From positions 3,869,570 to 3,933,569 of the forward strand of contig OY282565.1 of NCBI GenBank assembly GCA_958296445.1: DNA of 64,000 nt, in the 5' to 3' direction. A model generated the notes under the pieces. That model saw only the letters and a list, made by a program, of their open reading frames with translations, was not told the DNA's origin and did no database searches. A program made the translations under genes and the position numbers. This document shows, piece by piece, positions 9,124 through 17,437 of this stretch (the first letter of the stretch is position 1; every line of letters starts with the position of its first letter). The stretch is from an uncultured Dehalococcoidia bacterium (GTDB lineage: Bacteria > Chloroflexota > Dehalococcoidia > Lucifugimonadales > UBA3495).

Positions 9124-10296
9124 TTATGCTAGAGGCCGGGGTGAATGACGCCGACGCCTGTGCGGGCGGCGGGCTTTGGACGGACGGGGGCGGCGGTAAT
9201 GAGGCAGGGATGTGACGGTAATCTCCTCGATGAGACCCCGCTTATCCAGTTCGAGGACGGTTCCCGGCCGGGAAAACTCTGGAAAAACGTAGCCCATCCC
9301 CAAGCTGGTGTCAAGGGTAGGCGAGTAGCAGCCGCTGGTCACCTGGCCCGCCGGCTGCCCCAGAACCGACAGGGCGTAAGTTGCCCGGGGCGCCGACCGC
9401 CCCGGCATTCGCAGCCCCACCAGCGTAAACCGGGTTCCGCTTTCCCGTTGCCGCAACAACGCATCCCGCCCCACGAAATCTTTGCCGAAATCGACAAACC
9501 GCTCCAGCCGGGCCTCGACCGGAGTAGTGGATTCGTCCAGTTCGTGGCCGTGGAGCGGCAGCCCGGCCTCGGTTCGCAACACATCCCGCGCTCCCAGCCC
9601 GCAGGGGGCGGCCCCGGCGTCGGTAAGGGCCTGCCAGATGGCCGGGGCCGCCGCGGCCGGCGCGAGGATTTCAACCCCGTCTTCCCCGGTGTAGCCCGTG
9701 CGCCCCACCAGCGCCGCCGCGCCCGACGCCTCGCCGCAGTTTTTCAGGCGCGTTTCCGTCCAGGCGAAAGGCCGCAGCCCGGCCAGCCCGTTTTCCGCCA
9801 GCCCCCCGGCCAGCGACAGCGAGGCCGGCCCCTGGCAGGCCAGCAACGATGTCTGCATCGTCCGGTCGTTGATGGTCACGCCGCCGTCGAACCGCTGGCC
9901 GATAATCCGCCCGAACCAGTCCAGCACCCTATGCCGGTTCCCGGCGTTGGGTATCAGCAAGTAACTATTTTCGGCCAGCCGGTAAAAGATAGTATCGTCA
10001 ATCACGCCGCCGCGCTCATTGCAAATCAGGCAGTAGCGGGCCCGCCCCACCGCCAAAGACGCCGCCGAGCCAGTCAACGCCCAGTCAAGAAAGGCCGTGG
10101 CCGCCGGGCCGGAAATATACACCCGCCCCATGTGAGAAACATCAAAAACCCCGGCGGCGCCGCGCACCGCCCGCACTTCGGCCAGTATCCCACCCGGATA
10201 CTGCACCGGCATATCCCACCCGCCAAAAGGCACCATCCGCGCCCCCGCGGTAACGTGAGCATCATACAGCGGCGTGCGCAGGTCGGCGTCGCTCAT
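9124..10296 (-). CDS. gcvT: Aminomethyltransferase (glycine cleavage T protein)
   Basis: '[26 protein letters not shown]', 'GVFDVSHMG', '[10 protein letters not shown]'. It carries an unusual Arg/Pro-rich C-terminal tail ([23 protein letters not shown]). Confidence 0.9.
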   Translation of the reverse strand: MSDADLRTPLYDAHVTAGARMVPFGGWDMPVQYPGGILAEVRAVRGAAGVFDVSHMGRVYISGPAATAFLDWALTGSAASLAVGRARYCLICNERGGVIDDTIFYRLAENSYLLIPNAGNRHRVLDWFGRIIGQRFDGGVTINDRTMQTSLLACQGPASLSLAGGLAENGLAGLRPFAWTETRLKNCGEASGAAALVGRTGYTGEDGVEILAPAAAAPAIWQALTDAGAAPCGLGARDVLRTEAGLPLHGHELDESTTPVEARLERFVDFGKDFVGRDALLRQRESGTRFTLVGLRMPGRSAPRATYALSVLGQPAGQVTSGCYSPTLDTSLGMGYVFPEFSRPGTVLELDKRGLIEEITVTSLPHYRRPRPSKARRPHRRRRHSPRPLA

Positions 10297-11426
10297 TCCT
10301 CATCCTCGCTGTCATCATCGGCGTCATACCCGGGATTAAACGCTTCGTAGACGGAACGGGTCACCGCCGCCAACCGCTCTTTGCAGCTTTCCCACTCGCT
10401 TAGAGAGTTGAGCGGGAATGCAACTTCGACGTCCCTTGCTTCTACGGCGCTTCTGCTGAATGGATATGTCCAGTATGGCAAGTCACGCCGGAGTTGAACA
10501 AACTCCGGCAAACACGAATTAACGGCGTTGCGATAGAAAATCACCGACACCAATTCGGAAACGGGGGCTTGTGGGAGTTGCAATCCGGCGAAATTTTCGT
10601 TTCTTCCGGGTGTGCGCAAATGGAGCCGGCCCTTGGCCCAATCGGATGCTGCGCCGCTTGGAATTAGGTAGACGCCCGGGAAATTTTCCCGGAACATTTC
10701 CTGCAAGGCATCCCACAGCTCTTGGGCTTCCGGCCGCTGGCTAGTAATTTCTTGGAGACGCAAGGAAAACCTTTCCCAGCGTGCTTGCATACCTAGTCTT
10801 CGGCCTAGTCTTCGGCGCGGCGCAGCCCTTTCCGGTTCAGCCGCCGCTTCCACCTGCACTTGCCGGGCCAACAGGGTTTGCCCGGCGTGATTGAAACCGA
10901 GGAAAGTAACCAGTGATATGTCTATACCACCGTCGGCCAGAAAGCGAACCATCCGGTTAGTAGTTTCGTCAACGCCCAAGCCGATAAGGAACAGGCGTAT
11001 CGGGCGCAGCCCGCTTAGTTCTTGCCCGCCCCGGTTTTCACTGTACCATCCCTCAAAATCATCTATTTTTTCCACGCCGCCGGAACCGGAGTGGCGGGAA
11101 ATGTGCTGCGACAACTCGGCTTCTCCCATAGATTCCAGCCAAGAGCCGTAATCCACCACTTGGGCCACGGCGTCGCGGTTCAGCGCACCGCGCTTCAGCT
11201 CGAATAAGGACAACCGCCCGTCCCGGTCCACGCCCAGCAAATCCAGCGGCCCGCCCTCAGTGCGGGTTTGGCGGCCCACTATGGTCAGGCCCGGCATCAG
11301 CATATCTGGGTTGCTGACCAGCGTATCCTCCAGCAGCCGCTCAGATTCCGTGCGGTACTCCAACTCCAGCGGCGTTGCGCCCCCGGAGCCATCCATCACC
11401 CACAACCTAATTTCGTCCGCCGCCAT
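10293..11426 (-). CDS. NucS/DUF91-like PD-(D/E)xK nuclease-domain protein with uncharacterised C-terminal half
   Basis: 'GGPLDLLGVDRDGRLSLFELKRGALNRDAVAQVVDY' matches the D..ExK..Q...Y signature of NucS C-terminal/DUF91 domains. Acidic tail [10 protein letters not shown]. The stop overlaps the gcvT ATG (ATGA, 10293-10296). Confidence 0.6.
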   Translation of the reverse strand: MAADEIRLWVMDGSGGATPLELEYRTESERLLEDTLVSNPDMLMPGLTIVGRQTRTEGGPLDLLGVDRDGRLSLFELKRGALNRDAVAQVVDYGSWLESMGEAELSQHISRHSGSGGVEKIDDFEGWYSENRGGQELSGLRPIRLFLIGLGVDETTNRMVRFLADGGIDISLVTFLGFNHAGQTLLARQVQVEAAAEPERAAPRRRLGRRLGMQARWERFSLRLQEITSQRPEAQELWDALQEMFRENFPGVYLIPSGAASDWAKGRLHLRTPGRNENFAGLQLPQAPVSELVSVIFYRNAVNSCLPEFVQLRRDLPYWTYPFSRSAVEARDVEVAFPLNSLSEWESCKERLAAVTRSVYEAFNPGYDADDDSEDEE

Positions 11427-11519
11427 ATTCCCCCCTTACCCCATACATCGAAATCCGCCGGGAAATGATAAACAACCCGCCCCGCCATCGCAACCCCGCG
11501 CGCCCCGGGGATGTGGCCC

Positions 11520-11858
11520 CTACTCAATCACCGTCGCCGCGGTTGCGTCCGCCCCTTGCAAAACGGCGTACCCCTGCTCAATCTGCCGCTGAAAGGAATC
11601 GGGCAGCTCATCCCACAGAAACAGGTCTACGCGGATGGGCAAGTCGCTTTCCTCGAATGCTTCTCGCAGAATGCTGGCCTGAGTAGACTGCCCCGGCACC
11701 GTGAAGGCCACCAGGTCAAGGTCGGAGTAGCGGCGAGGATTGCCCCGGACGCGGGAACCATAGGCCCAGACCTCGACACCGGGCAAGTGCGCTTGTAGCA
11801 GGGTCAAGACCAGCCGCCTTTGTTCCGGCGGCAGGGCGATGTCCGGCATCATTCCCAT
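11520..11858 (-). CDS. mntA: MNT-type nucleotidyltransferase (type VII TA antitoxin MntA-like)
   Basis: 'VWAYGSRVRGNPRRYSDLDLVAF' (GS..x..DLD minimal nucleotidyltransferase motif). It overlaps the upstream HEPN gene by 10 nt. Confidence 0.8.
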   Translation of the reverse strand: MGMMPDIALPPEQRRLVLTLLQAHLPGVEVWAYGSRVRGNPRRYSDLDLVAFTVPGQSTQASILREAFEESDLPIRVDLFLWDELPDSFQRQIEQGYAVLQGADATAATVIE

Positions 11859-12265
11859 ACTTCCCCCGTAATAGTTTGGTAGAGGCCAATGGCGTCGGCA
11901 ACGAAATCATCCATCCGCTCCAGTGCTGCGACGGCCTTGTCGCTACTATAATCGTGCGTGGTTCCAATACGCAATTTAACGTACTCCATCCACCTCTCGA
12001 CCGGGGAGTCCAGCACTTCATTTTCCCCGGCCAGTCGGAATACGGGCCGTGGCGAAGGCGGAAACGATGGTAAAAGCACTTCCTCAATTAGATAACGCCT
12101 TAGAGTTTTCAGCAGAGTATCGTAACAAATCTCAAACCGCTGAATAACCGATTCGTCAATGGCTTCCCGCACATACTGCGGCTGTTCAGACGGCAAGTTC
12201 TTGCGATTTTCGTTTTGCGTTTCTAGGTTCTTTAATGTCCTTTGGAAATTACTATAGTCAACCAT
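11849..12265 (-). CDS. hepT: HEPN-domain protein, HI0074 nucleotidyltransferase-substrate-binding family (HepT-like toxin)
   Basis: 'IQRFEICYDTLLKTLRRYL' and the HEPN Rx4-6H motif 'RIGTTHDY'. Confidence 0.8.
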   Translation of the reverse strand: MVDYSNFQRTLKNLETQNENRKNLPSEQPQYVREAIDESVIQRFEICYDTLLKTLRRYLIEEVLLPSFPPSPRPVFRLAGENEVLDSPVERWMEYVKLRIGTTHDYSSDKAVAALERMDDFVADAIGLYQTITGEVWE

Positions 12266-12367
12266 CGCCCCGCTTCTCCCCAGGCGTAGCCTATATCCGG
12301 CGTTTCACGAATCAAAATATACCATTTCCGGGCGCCGGAAGAAATTTCAACCGCTGCCCCGGAACCC

Positions 12368-13555
12368 CTACCCCGACGGCGCGATGCGGAAGCGCCAGAG
12401 GGCGACGGCCAAGAAGACGGCGGCGAAGGCGGCCAGGGCCGCCATTTCCGGCCCCACGTCGGCGAACTCCGCGCCGAAAAGCATCAGCTTGTTCAGGCCG
12501 CCGTTGGCCCAGCCGTGAGGCGTGAGGCGGGCCAGCGACTGCATAAACGGCGGGGTGATGAACAGCGGCCACCAACTGCCGCCGATCGGGGCCAGCACCA
12601 GCGAGGCCAGCACCCCGGCCGCCGCCGCCGTCCGCACGCTGCGGACGAAGCTCGCCAGCAGCACGCCAAAGGCCGCCGAAGCCACCACCATCAGCAGCGA
12701 CAGCAACACCACGGCCGCCGGTGACGCCCCCAAGTTGATGTTGAAAGCCAGCCCGCCCACAGTCCACATCACCGCGATTTGGGCCACTCCGATGATTCCC
12801 CCGGCCAAGAACTTGCCGAATATCAGCGACTCGCGGCGCACCCCGTTAGCCATCAGCCGCTCCAGCGTGTGCGTCTGCCGCTCGCGGGCCAAGGCTTCGG
12901 CCCCCATTGCGGCAGTGAAAAAGACGAACATCGTAAGGTAGCCCGGCAAGGCGAAGTTGGATGCGTTGAACGGCTCGATGTCGCCCACCTGCTCCACCCG
13001 GATGCCGACAACCGGCCCGTCGGCGCCCGACAGCAGTTCCTCCAGCGCAGCGGCGGCCGCTTCGGGACGCTCCAGGGCGATGACCGCGTTCAGCGTGGCC
13101 CCGGCCTCGGCGAAACGCGCCGCTATCTGCTGGGCGAACCCGCGCAGCGCGGCCTCGTCCTCGGGCGCGGCCTCCCTGCCAACCACCACTGCCAGCGCCG
13201 CCCTTTCCCCCGACAGCAGCCGCCCGGTGAAGCCCGACGGGAAAGCAACGAAGCCGTCAATGTCGCCCGCATCCGCCGCGGCTTGGGCGTCGGCGTATTC
13301 CATCGCCACTATGCGCCCCTCGCCCGCCGCCGCCATCGTTTCGACGGCCTGCAAGCTCAAGCCCTCCGTTTCTTGGGTCGCCACCACGAATTGCAACGGC
13401 TCATCCTCTGGCCCGGCCCCCTGCAAAGCCAGCGAAAACCCCACGACAAACACGAAAGGGAGCAGGAAAGCAAAGGCCAACGCCGCGCGGTCTTTAAAGA
13501 ATATGCGCGTATCTTTCCAGGCCAGCAACAAGGATTGGCGGGCGATGGTGGTCAT
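12368..13555 (-). CDS. ABC-2 type transporter permease
   Basis: One N-terminal TM helix, a large extracytoplasmic loop and a C-terminal cluster of hydrophobic helices (ABC2_membrane architecture). It lies in an operon with the ATPase at 15394..16149. Confidence 0.8.
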   Translation of the reverse strand: MTTIARQSLLLAWKDTRIFFKDRAALAFAFLLPFVFVVGFSLALQGAGPEDEPLQFVVATQETEGLSLQAVETMAAAGEGRIVAMEYADAQAAADAGDIDGFVAFPSGFTGRLLSGERAALAVVVGREAAPEDEAALRGFAQQIAARFAEAGATLNAVIALERPEAAAAALEELLSGADGPVVGIRVEQVGDIEPFNASNFALPGYLTMFVFFTAAMGAEALARERQTHTLERLMANGVRRESLIFGKFLAGGIIGVAQIAVMWTVGGLAFNINLGASPAAVVLLSLLMVVASAAFGVLLASFVRSVRTAAAAGVLASLVLAPIGGSWWPLFITPPFMQSLARLTPHGWANGGLNKLMLFGAEFADVGPEMAALAAFAAVFLAVALWRFRIAPSG

Positions 13556-13642
13556 ACCGATTGACTTTCCTAATCCAAGTCTACATTTACGGCCCCCGCA
13601 GGACGCCCCATCCTAACCCTCCCTTGTGAGGATAGGGAACCG

Positions 13643-14839
13643 TTACCGGCCCTCCGGCGTGATGCGGAACAGCAGGCGGGCGATGGTCAGACCGACGGCG
13701 GCAACCCCGGCCATTACCGCCACAGCCAACCATTGCTGGCCCAGATGCTCGCCATTGGCGATAAGGTTCGCCATAGCGTCTATGGCGTAGGAGTTGATGG
13801 TTGCTTTGGATATGGCGTCCAGCAGGCTGCCGTCGGGGATTTCAAAGAATGTGCCGCCGAAAACTACCATCAACAGCGTGAAAAATACGGCGGCCCAAGC
13901 AGCCTGATTGCGGGTACGAGCCACCGCTCCAATGACTAGGGCCACGCCGCTGAAGGCGGCGGCGGCCAAGGCGGAAAAGGCCAGCAGTTCCAGAAAAGTC
14001 AACGCCCCGGCGGGCCGGAACACGACGAAAGCCAAAGACAGCATCACCGCAGCCTGCAACATCGCCCGCGCCACCCCGGCCAGAAACTTGCCCAAGAAAA
14101 GCTGGTTGACGCCCAACCGCGTGGTCATCAGCCGCTCCAGGGTGCCGGTGCGCCGCTCCTCCACCAAAGCCTGCGCCCCCAGAGTTACGGAAAACATCAC
14201 GAACATCACCAGCAAACCGGGCATCAGCCGGGAAAACAGGCCGTTGTCCGCGTCCGATTCCGCCTCTGTGCCGGGCCGCCGCACTTCCACCGCCACCGGC
14301 GGGTTGGCCCGCATCCGGGCCAGTTGCGTTTCGATTTCGGCCTCGACGCGCTCCGTAGGCACGCCGGAACCGGCCATAGCCAACCGCGTGTACCGCCGGG
14401 CCCGCGCTTCGGACGCCATATCGCGGACGATTCCCCGGACGATGGCGGCGACAATCTGGCCGGTTTCGCCGCCGCTGCCCCGTTGCCGGAAGACCAGCGG
14501 CGCCGCCTCGCCCCCGGCCAGCCCATCGCTGAATCCGGGCGGGATGACCACGGCGAACAAGATAGCCGAGCGTTCCAGGGCGTCGCTGGCGTCGGCTTCG
14601 GTGCGCTCCACCACCGAAATCTCCGGCAGCGAATCCAGCCGCTCCACCAGCTCACGGGCCTCGGCGCCGCCGTCCAGATCAACCACGCTGGCCGGAGTAT
14701 GAAAATCGCTTTGGCTGCCCAGCGCCCCGTACATCAGCGCGAACAGCAGGATAGGCAAGGCCACGCTGAAAGCCAGTTCGCCCCGGTTGCCCGCAAACAG
14801 CCGGAGTTCCAGCAAGGCGATGTGCAACGGGCGCGTCAT
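13643..14839 (-). CDS. ABC-2 type transporter permease
   Basis: Same architecture as the paralog downstream. The start is set at 'MTRPLHIALLELRLF' (14839). The 16-aa extension in the track ORF translates a GC hairpin repeat (PSPSLDGEG). Confidence 0.75.
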   Translation of the reverse strand: MTRPLHIALLELRLFAGNRGELAFSVALPILLFALMYGALGSQSDFHTPASVVDLDGGAEARELVERLDSLPEISVVERTEADASDALERSAILFAVVIPPGFSDGLAGGEAAPLVFRQRGSGGETGQIVAAIVRGIVRDMASEARARRYTRLAMAGSGVPTERVEAEIETQLARMRANPPVAVEVRRPGTEAESDADNGLFSRLMPGLLVMFVMFSVTLGAQALVEERRTGTLERLMTTRLGVNQLFLGKFLAGVARAMLQAAVMLSLAFVVFRPAGALTFLELLAFSALAAAAFSGVALVIGAVARTRNQAAWAAVFFTLLMVVFGGTFFEIPDGSLLDAISKATINSYAIDAMANLIANGEHLGQQWLAVAVMAGVAAVGLTIARLLFRITPEGR

Positions 14840-15028
14840 TACAATTCCCTCCCCATCCAAGGAGGGGCTAGGGCAAGGGCGCCCCACACACCCGCATATA
14901 TTCCTGATTTTGCCGGAGCGACGCAGCGCAACCCGCCTGCTGTTGACGGCATATTAAGAGGGTTTTCCTTAAGCAATGTTCAAGGCAGGAACGTTCATAC
15001 CATACCCCCGGATGGAGAGGCAATTCTT

Positions 15029-15349
15029 GAGAAAATTGCGAAATTACTTCCGCCGTCTGTCATTCTAGCCGCGTCTATCACTCTAGCCGCGTCTATCACT
15101 CTGGCCGTGTCTATCACTCTGGCCGCGTCTATCACTCTGGCCGCGTCTGTCATTCTGGCCGCCGCCTGTCATTCTGGCCGCCGCCTGTCATTCTGGCCGT
15201 TGTCTGTCGTTCTGGCCGTCTGTCATTCTCAACGCTGCTTGTCATCCTGGCCGCCGTCTGTCATTCTGAGCAAAGCGAAGAATCCCGCCTTGGGCAGTGA
15301 GACCCCTCGCTTTGCTCAGAATGGCAAAGCGAAATTTCGCAATTTTCTC
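15029..15349. repeat. MITE-like interspersed element, family A (terminal inverted repeats + ~21-nt internal tandem repeats + palindromic core)
   Basis: TIRs gagaaaattgcgaaatt (15029-15045) and aatttcgcaattttctc (15333-15349). About 9 tandem ~21-nt units (gtctatcactctggccgc / ctgtcattctggccgc). Palindromic core cattctgagcaaagcgaag...ctcgctttgctcagaatg. It sits between the ABC ATPase and permease genes. Confidence 0.85.
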
Positions 15350-15393
15350 GATACTTAACGCTTGCCCCTAATCTGCCCACTATGATGCGATGG

Positions 15394-16149
15394 TTAGTCC
15401 CGCAAACTGCGGCCAGTGAGTTCAAGGAAGACGGTTTCCAGAGTCACCTCGGCGGGGTCGCCAATCTCGGCCTTCAGCTCCTCGGGGCGGCCTAAGCGAA
15501 TCAGTCGCCCGTTGTCCATAATGCCCAGCCGGTCGCAAAGCCGGTCGGCTTCCTCCATATAGTGAGTGGTGTAAAGGACGGTCATACCGGCGTCGCGCAG
15601 GCCCTCAACGGTCTCGAAGATGTGGCTGCGCGACTGCGGGTCAATGCCCACAGTCGGCTCGTCGAGGAAAAGCAGTTGGGGGCGGCCCATAAGGGCCACG
15701 GCTAGGTTGACGCGCCGTTTCATTCCGCCGGAAAACTTGTCCACCTTATCGCGAGCCCGCTCGGTAAGGCCCACGGATTCCAGATGCTCCGCCGCCGCGC
15801 TTTTGGCCTCGCCGCCGCTCAGCCCGGCCATACGCCCGAAGAACACCAGATTGTCGGTAGCCGACAGTTCCGGGTAAAGGGCCAATTCCTGCGGGCAGAC
15901 GCCCACCAGCCGCCGCACCGAGTCACTGTCGCGGGTTACCGAATGCCCGCCAATAACCACGTCGCCGTCGTCCGGTGCCAGCACGGTAGACAGCATCCTT
16001 ATCGTAGTGGTCTTGCCGGCCCCGTTAGGCCCCAGCAGCCCGAAAATCTCCTGCTTGCGTATGCCAAAAGAAACCCCGTCCACCGCCTGCAATCCGCCAA
16101 AGGACTTGCGCAGGTTGCTGGCAACCAGAAACTCGCCGGTGCCGGGCAT
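15394..16149 (-). CDS. ABC transporter ATP-binding protein (ABC-2/DrrA-like)
   Basis: Walker A 'GPNGAGKTT', signature 'FSGGMKRRV', Walker B 'LLFLDEPT'. Confidence 0.9.
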   Translation of the reverse strand: MPGTGEFLVASNLRKSFGGLQAVDGVSFGIRKQEIFGLLGPNGAGKTTTIRMLSTVLAPDDGDVVIGGHSVTRDSDSVRRLVGVCPQELALYPELSATDNLVFFGRMAGLSGGEAKSAAAEHLESVGLTERARDKVDKFSGGMKRRVNLAVALMGRPQLLFLDEPTVGIDPQSRSHIFETVEGLRDAGMTVLYTTHYMEEADRLCDRLGIMDNGRLIRLGRPEELKAEIGDPAEVTLETVFLELTGRSLRD

Positions 16150-16151
16150 TT

Positions 16152-17351
16152 TTACTGACCCCGCTGCTGAACGTTTATGACGTGGACATTCCGCGCGTCA
16201 GCTTGGGCCATTTGCGGCTGCGGGATGTGGCCTCCGATTACTATCGGGTATGCCGTCGAGCCGGTAGCCTGTTGCAGGATGGCAGCCCTTTCCTCCGCCC
16301 GAAGGATGTCTTCCTCGTGGACGGTGAGGGATATTTCCGCCACTGCGTAGACCGTTCTCTCGCCTTGCCTAGCTCTTAGGATGGCGTCGGTGTTCATGAG
16401 TTCGTACCATTGCTCGTCCGTGATATGGTCTTCTTCTACTATTGCGTCCATCTGGTCGTGGAATTCCGGGCTGGTTCCAAAGGCGGCGGAGTGGACGACT
16501 CTCCCGCGCCGCAATCCGATAACCCTGCTAACCGTACCCGTGAGGGTGCGGCTGACATGGCGCTCGTATTGCTCCCCCTCGAGTCTCCCTAAAGAGCCAT
16601 CGAGCCTGACTATGCTGGCATCGTGCCATTCTATGATTTTTTCGAGTCTGGCCATGGTGGCTTCGTGCCGCGCTAAGTCGCTTTCGTGGCGTTCTGCGGT
16701 TTCAGCGAGCCGCGCTAAGTCGCTTTCGTGGCGTTCTGAGCTTTCGACCAGCTTGGCTAAGGTGGCTTCGTGGCGTTCTGCGGTTTCAGCGAGCCGCTCT
16801 AAGATAGCTTCGTGGCGTTTTGAGCTTTCGACCAGCTCGGCTAAGATGGCTTCGTGGCGTTCTGCGGTTTCAGCGAGCCGCTCTAAGATAGCTTCGTGGC
16901 GTTTTGAGCTTTCGACCAGCTCGGCTAAGATGGCTTCGTGGCGTTCTGCGGTTTCAGCGAGCCGCTCTAAGATAGCTTCGTGGCGTTTTGAGCTTTCGAC
17001 CAGCTCGGCTAAGATGGCTTCGTGCCGCGCTAAGGTGGCTTCGTGGCGCTCTGCGGTTTCAGCGAGTCTGGCTAAGGCGGCTTCGTGCCGCTCTGCGGTT
17101 TCTGCGAGCCGCGCTAAGGCGGCTTCGTGGCGTTTTGAGCTTTCGACCAGCCCGGCTACGATGTTTTCGAGCCTTTCTAACCGGGCTATGATCGCCGAGA
17201 ATTCTTGCCGGGTCTGCGCTACGAACGCCGCGAATTTTTCCGGCAGTTCGATTAGCTCTTCGGTAAGCAGTTCCCGGCGGACTTCGGCCCTGAATTCAGG
17301 GTCTTCGCGGAGCAGGCGCAAGAAATCTGCGCTGTTGGATATTGAGCTCAT
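16152..17351 (-). CDS. Coiled-coil repeat protein with a C-terminal PD-(D/E)xK-like globular domain
   Basis: True start ATG 17351 (MSSISNSADFLRLL...); the 632-aa track ORF is a chimera. About 13 copies of a 14-aa unit (RLAETAERHEAxLA / ELVESSKRHEAILE). C-terminus 'TDAILRARQGERTVYAVAEISLTVHEEDILRAEERA'. The stop is 2 nt from the ABC ATPase start. Confidence 0.7.
   Translation of the reverse strand: MSSISNSADFLRLLREDPEFRAEVRRELLTEELIELPEKFAAFVAQTRQEFSAIIARLERLENIVAGLVESSKRHEAALARLAETAERHEAALARLAETAERHEATLARHEAILAELVESSKRHEAILERLAETAERHEAILAELVESSKRHEAILERLAETAERHEAILAELVESSKRHEAILERLAETAERHEATLAKLVESSERHESDLARLAETAERHESDLARHEATMARLEKIIEWHDASIVRLDGSLGRLEGEQYERHVSRTLTGTVSRVIGLRRGRVVHSAAFGTSPEFHDQMDAIVEEDHITDEQWYELMNTDAILRARQGERTVYAVAEISLTVHEEDILRAEERAAILQQATGSTAYPIVIGGHIPQPQMAQADARNVHVINVQQRGQ
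16640..17160. repeat. Coding tandem repeat array (42-nt sub-unit, 84-nt super-unit)
   Basis: The repeated DNA gcttcgtggcgttctgcggtttcagcgagccgctctaagata.../...gcttcgtggcgttttgagctttcgaccagctcggctaagatg is seen at least 3 times almost perfectly. Confidence 0.9.
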
Positions 17352-17437
17352 ATCTGCGGTCTTCCTGTGCCTTTCGTTATGCGCCGACCTTTCGGGAATA
17401 GGGCAAGCCGGAACCATTATACACGATTGCCCCCATT

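Noticed and set aside
9145-10350. Plus-strand 401-aa ORF
   Set aside because: It is antisense to gcvT, with low-complexity Pro/Arg/Gly composition.
10297-11600. Glycine riboswitch upstream of gcvT
   Set aside because: The region directly upstream is coding (the NucS-like gene overlaps gcvT by ATGA). The 93-nt gap before that gene shows none of the conserved glycine-riboswitch core elements by eye, and I could not run a covariance model.
15050-15258. Short-period (~21 nt) repeat run as a CRISPR or coding repeat (track ORF 14324..15358, 'SITLAASITLA...')
   Set aside because: The period is far too short for CRISPR. The run lies inside a TIR-bounded family A element, and the ORF is antisense to the permease gene and continues through repeats, so it is a translation artefact.
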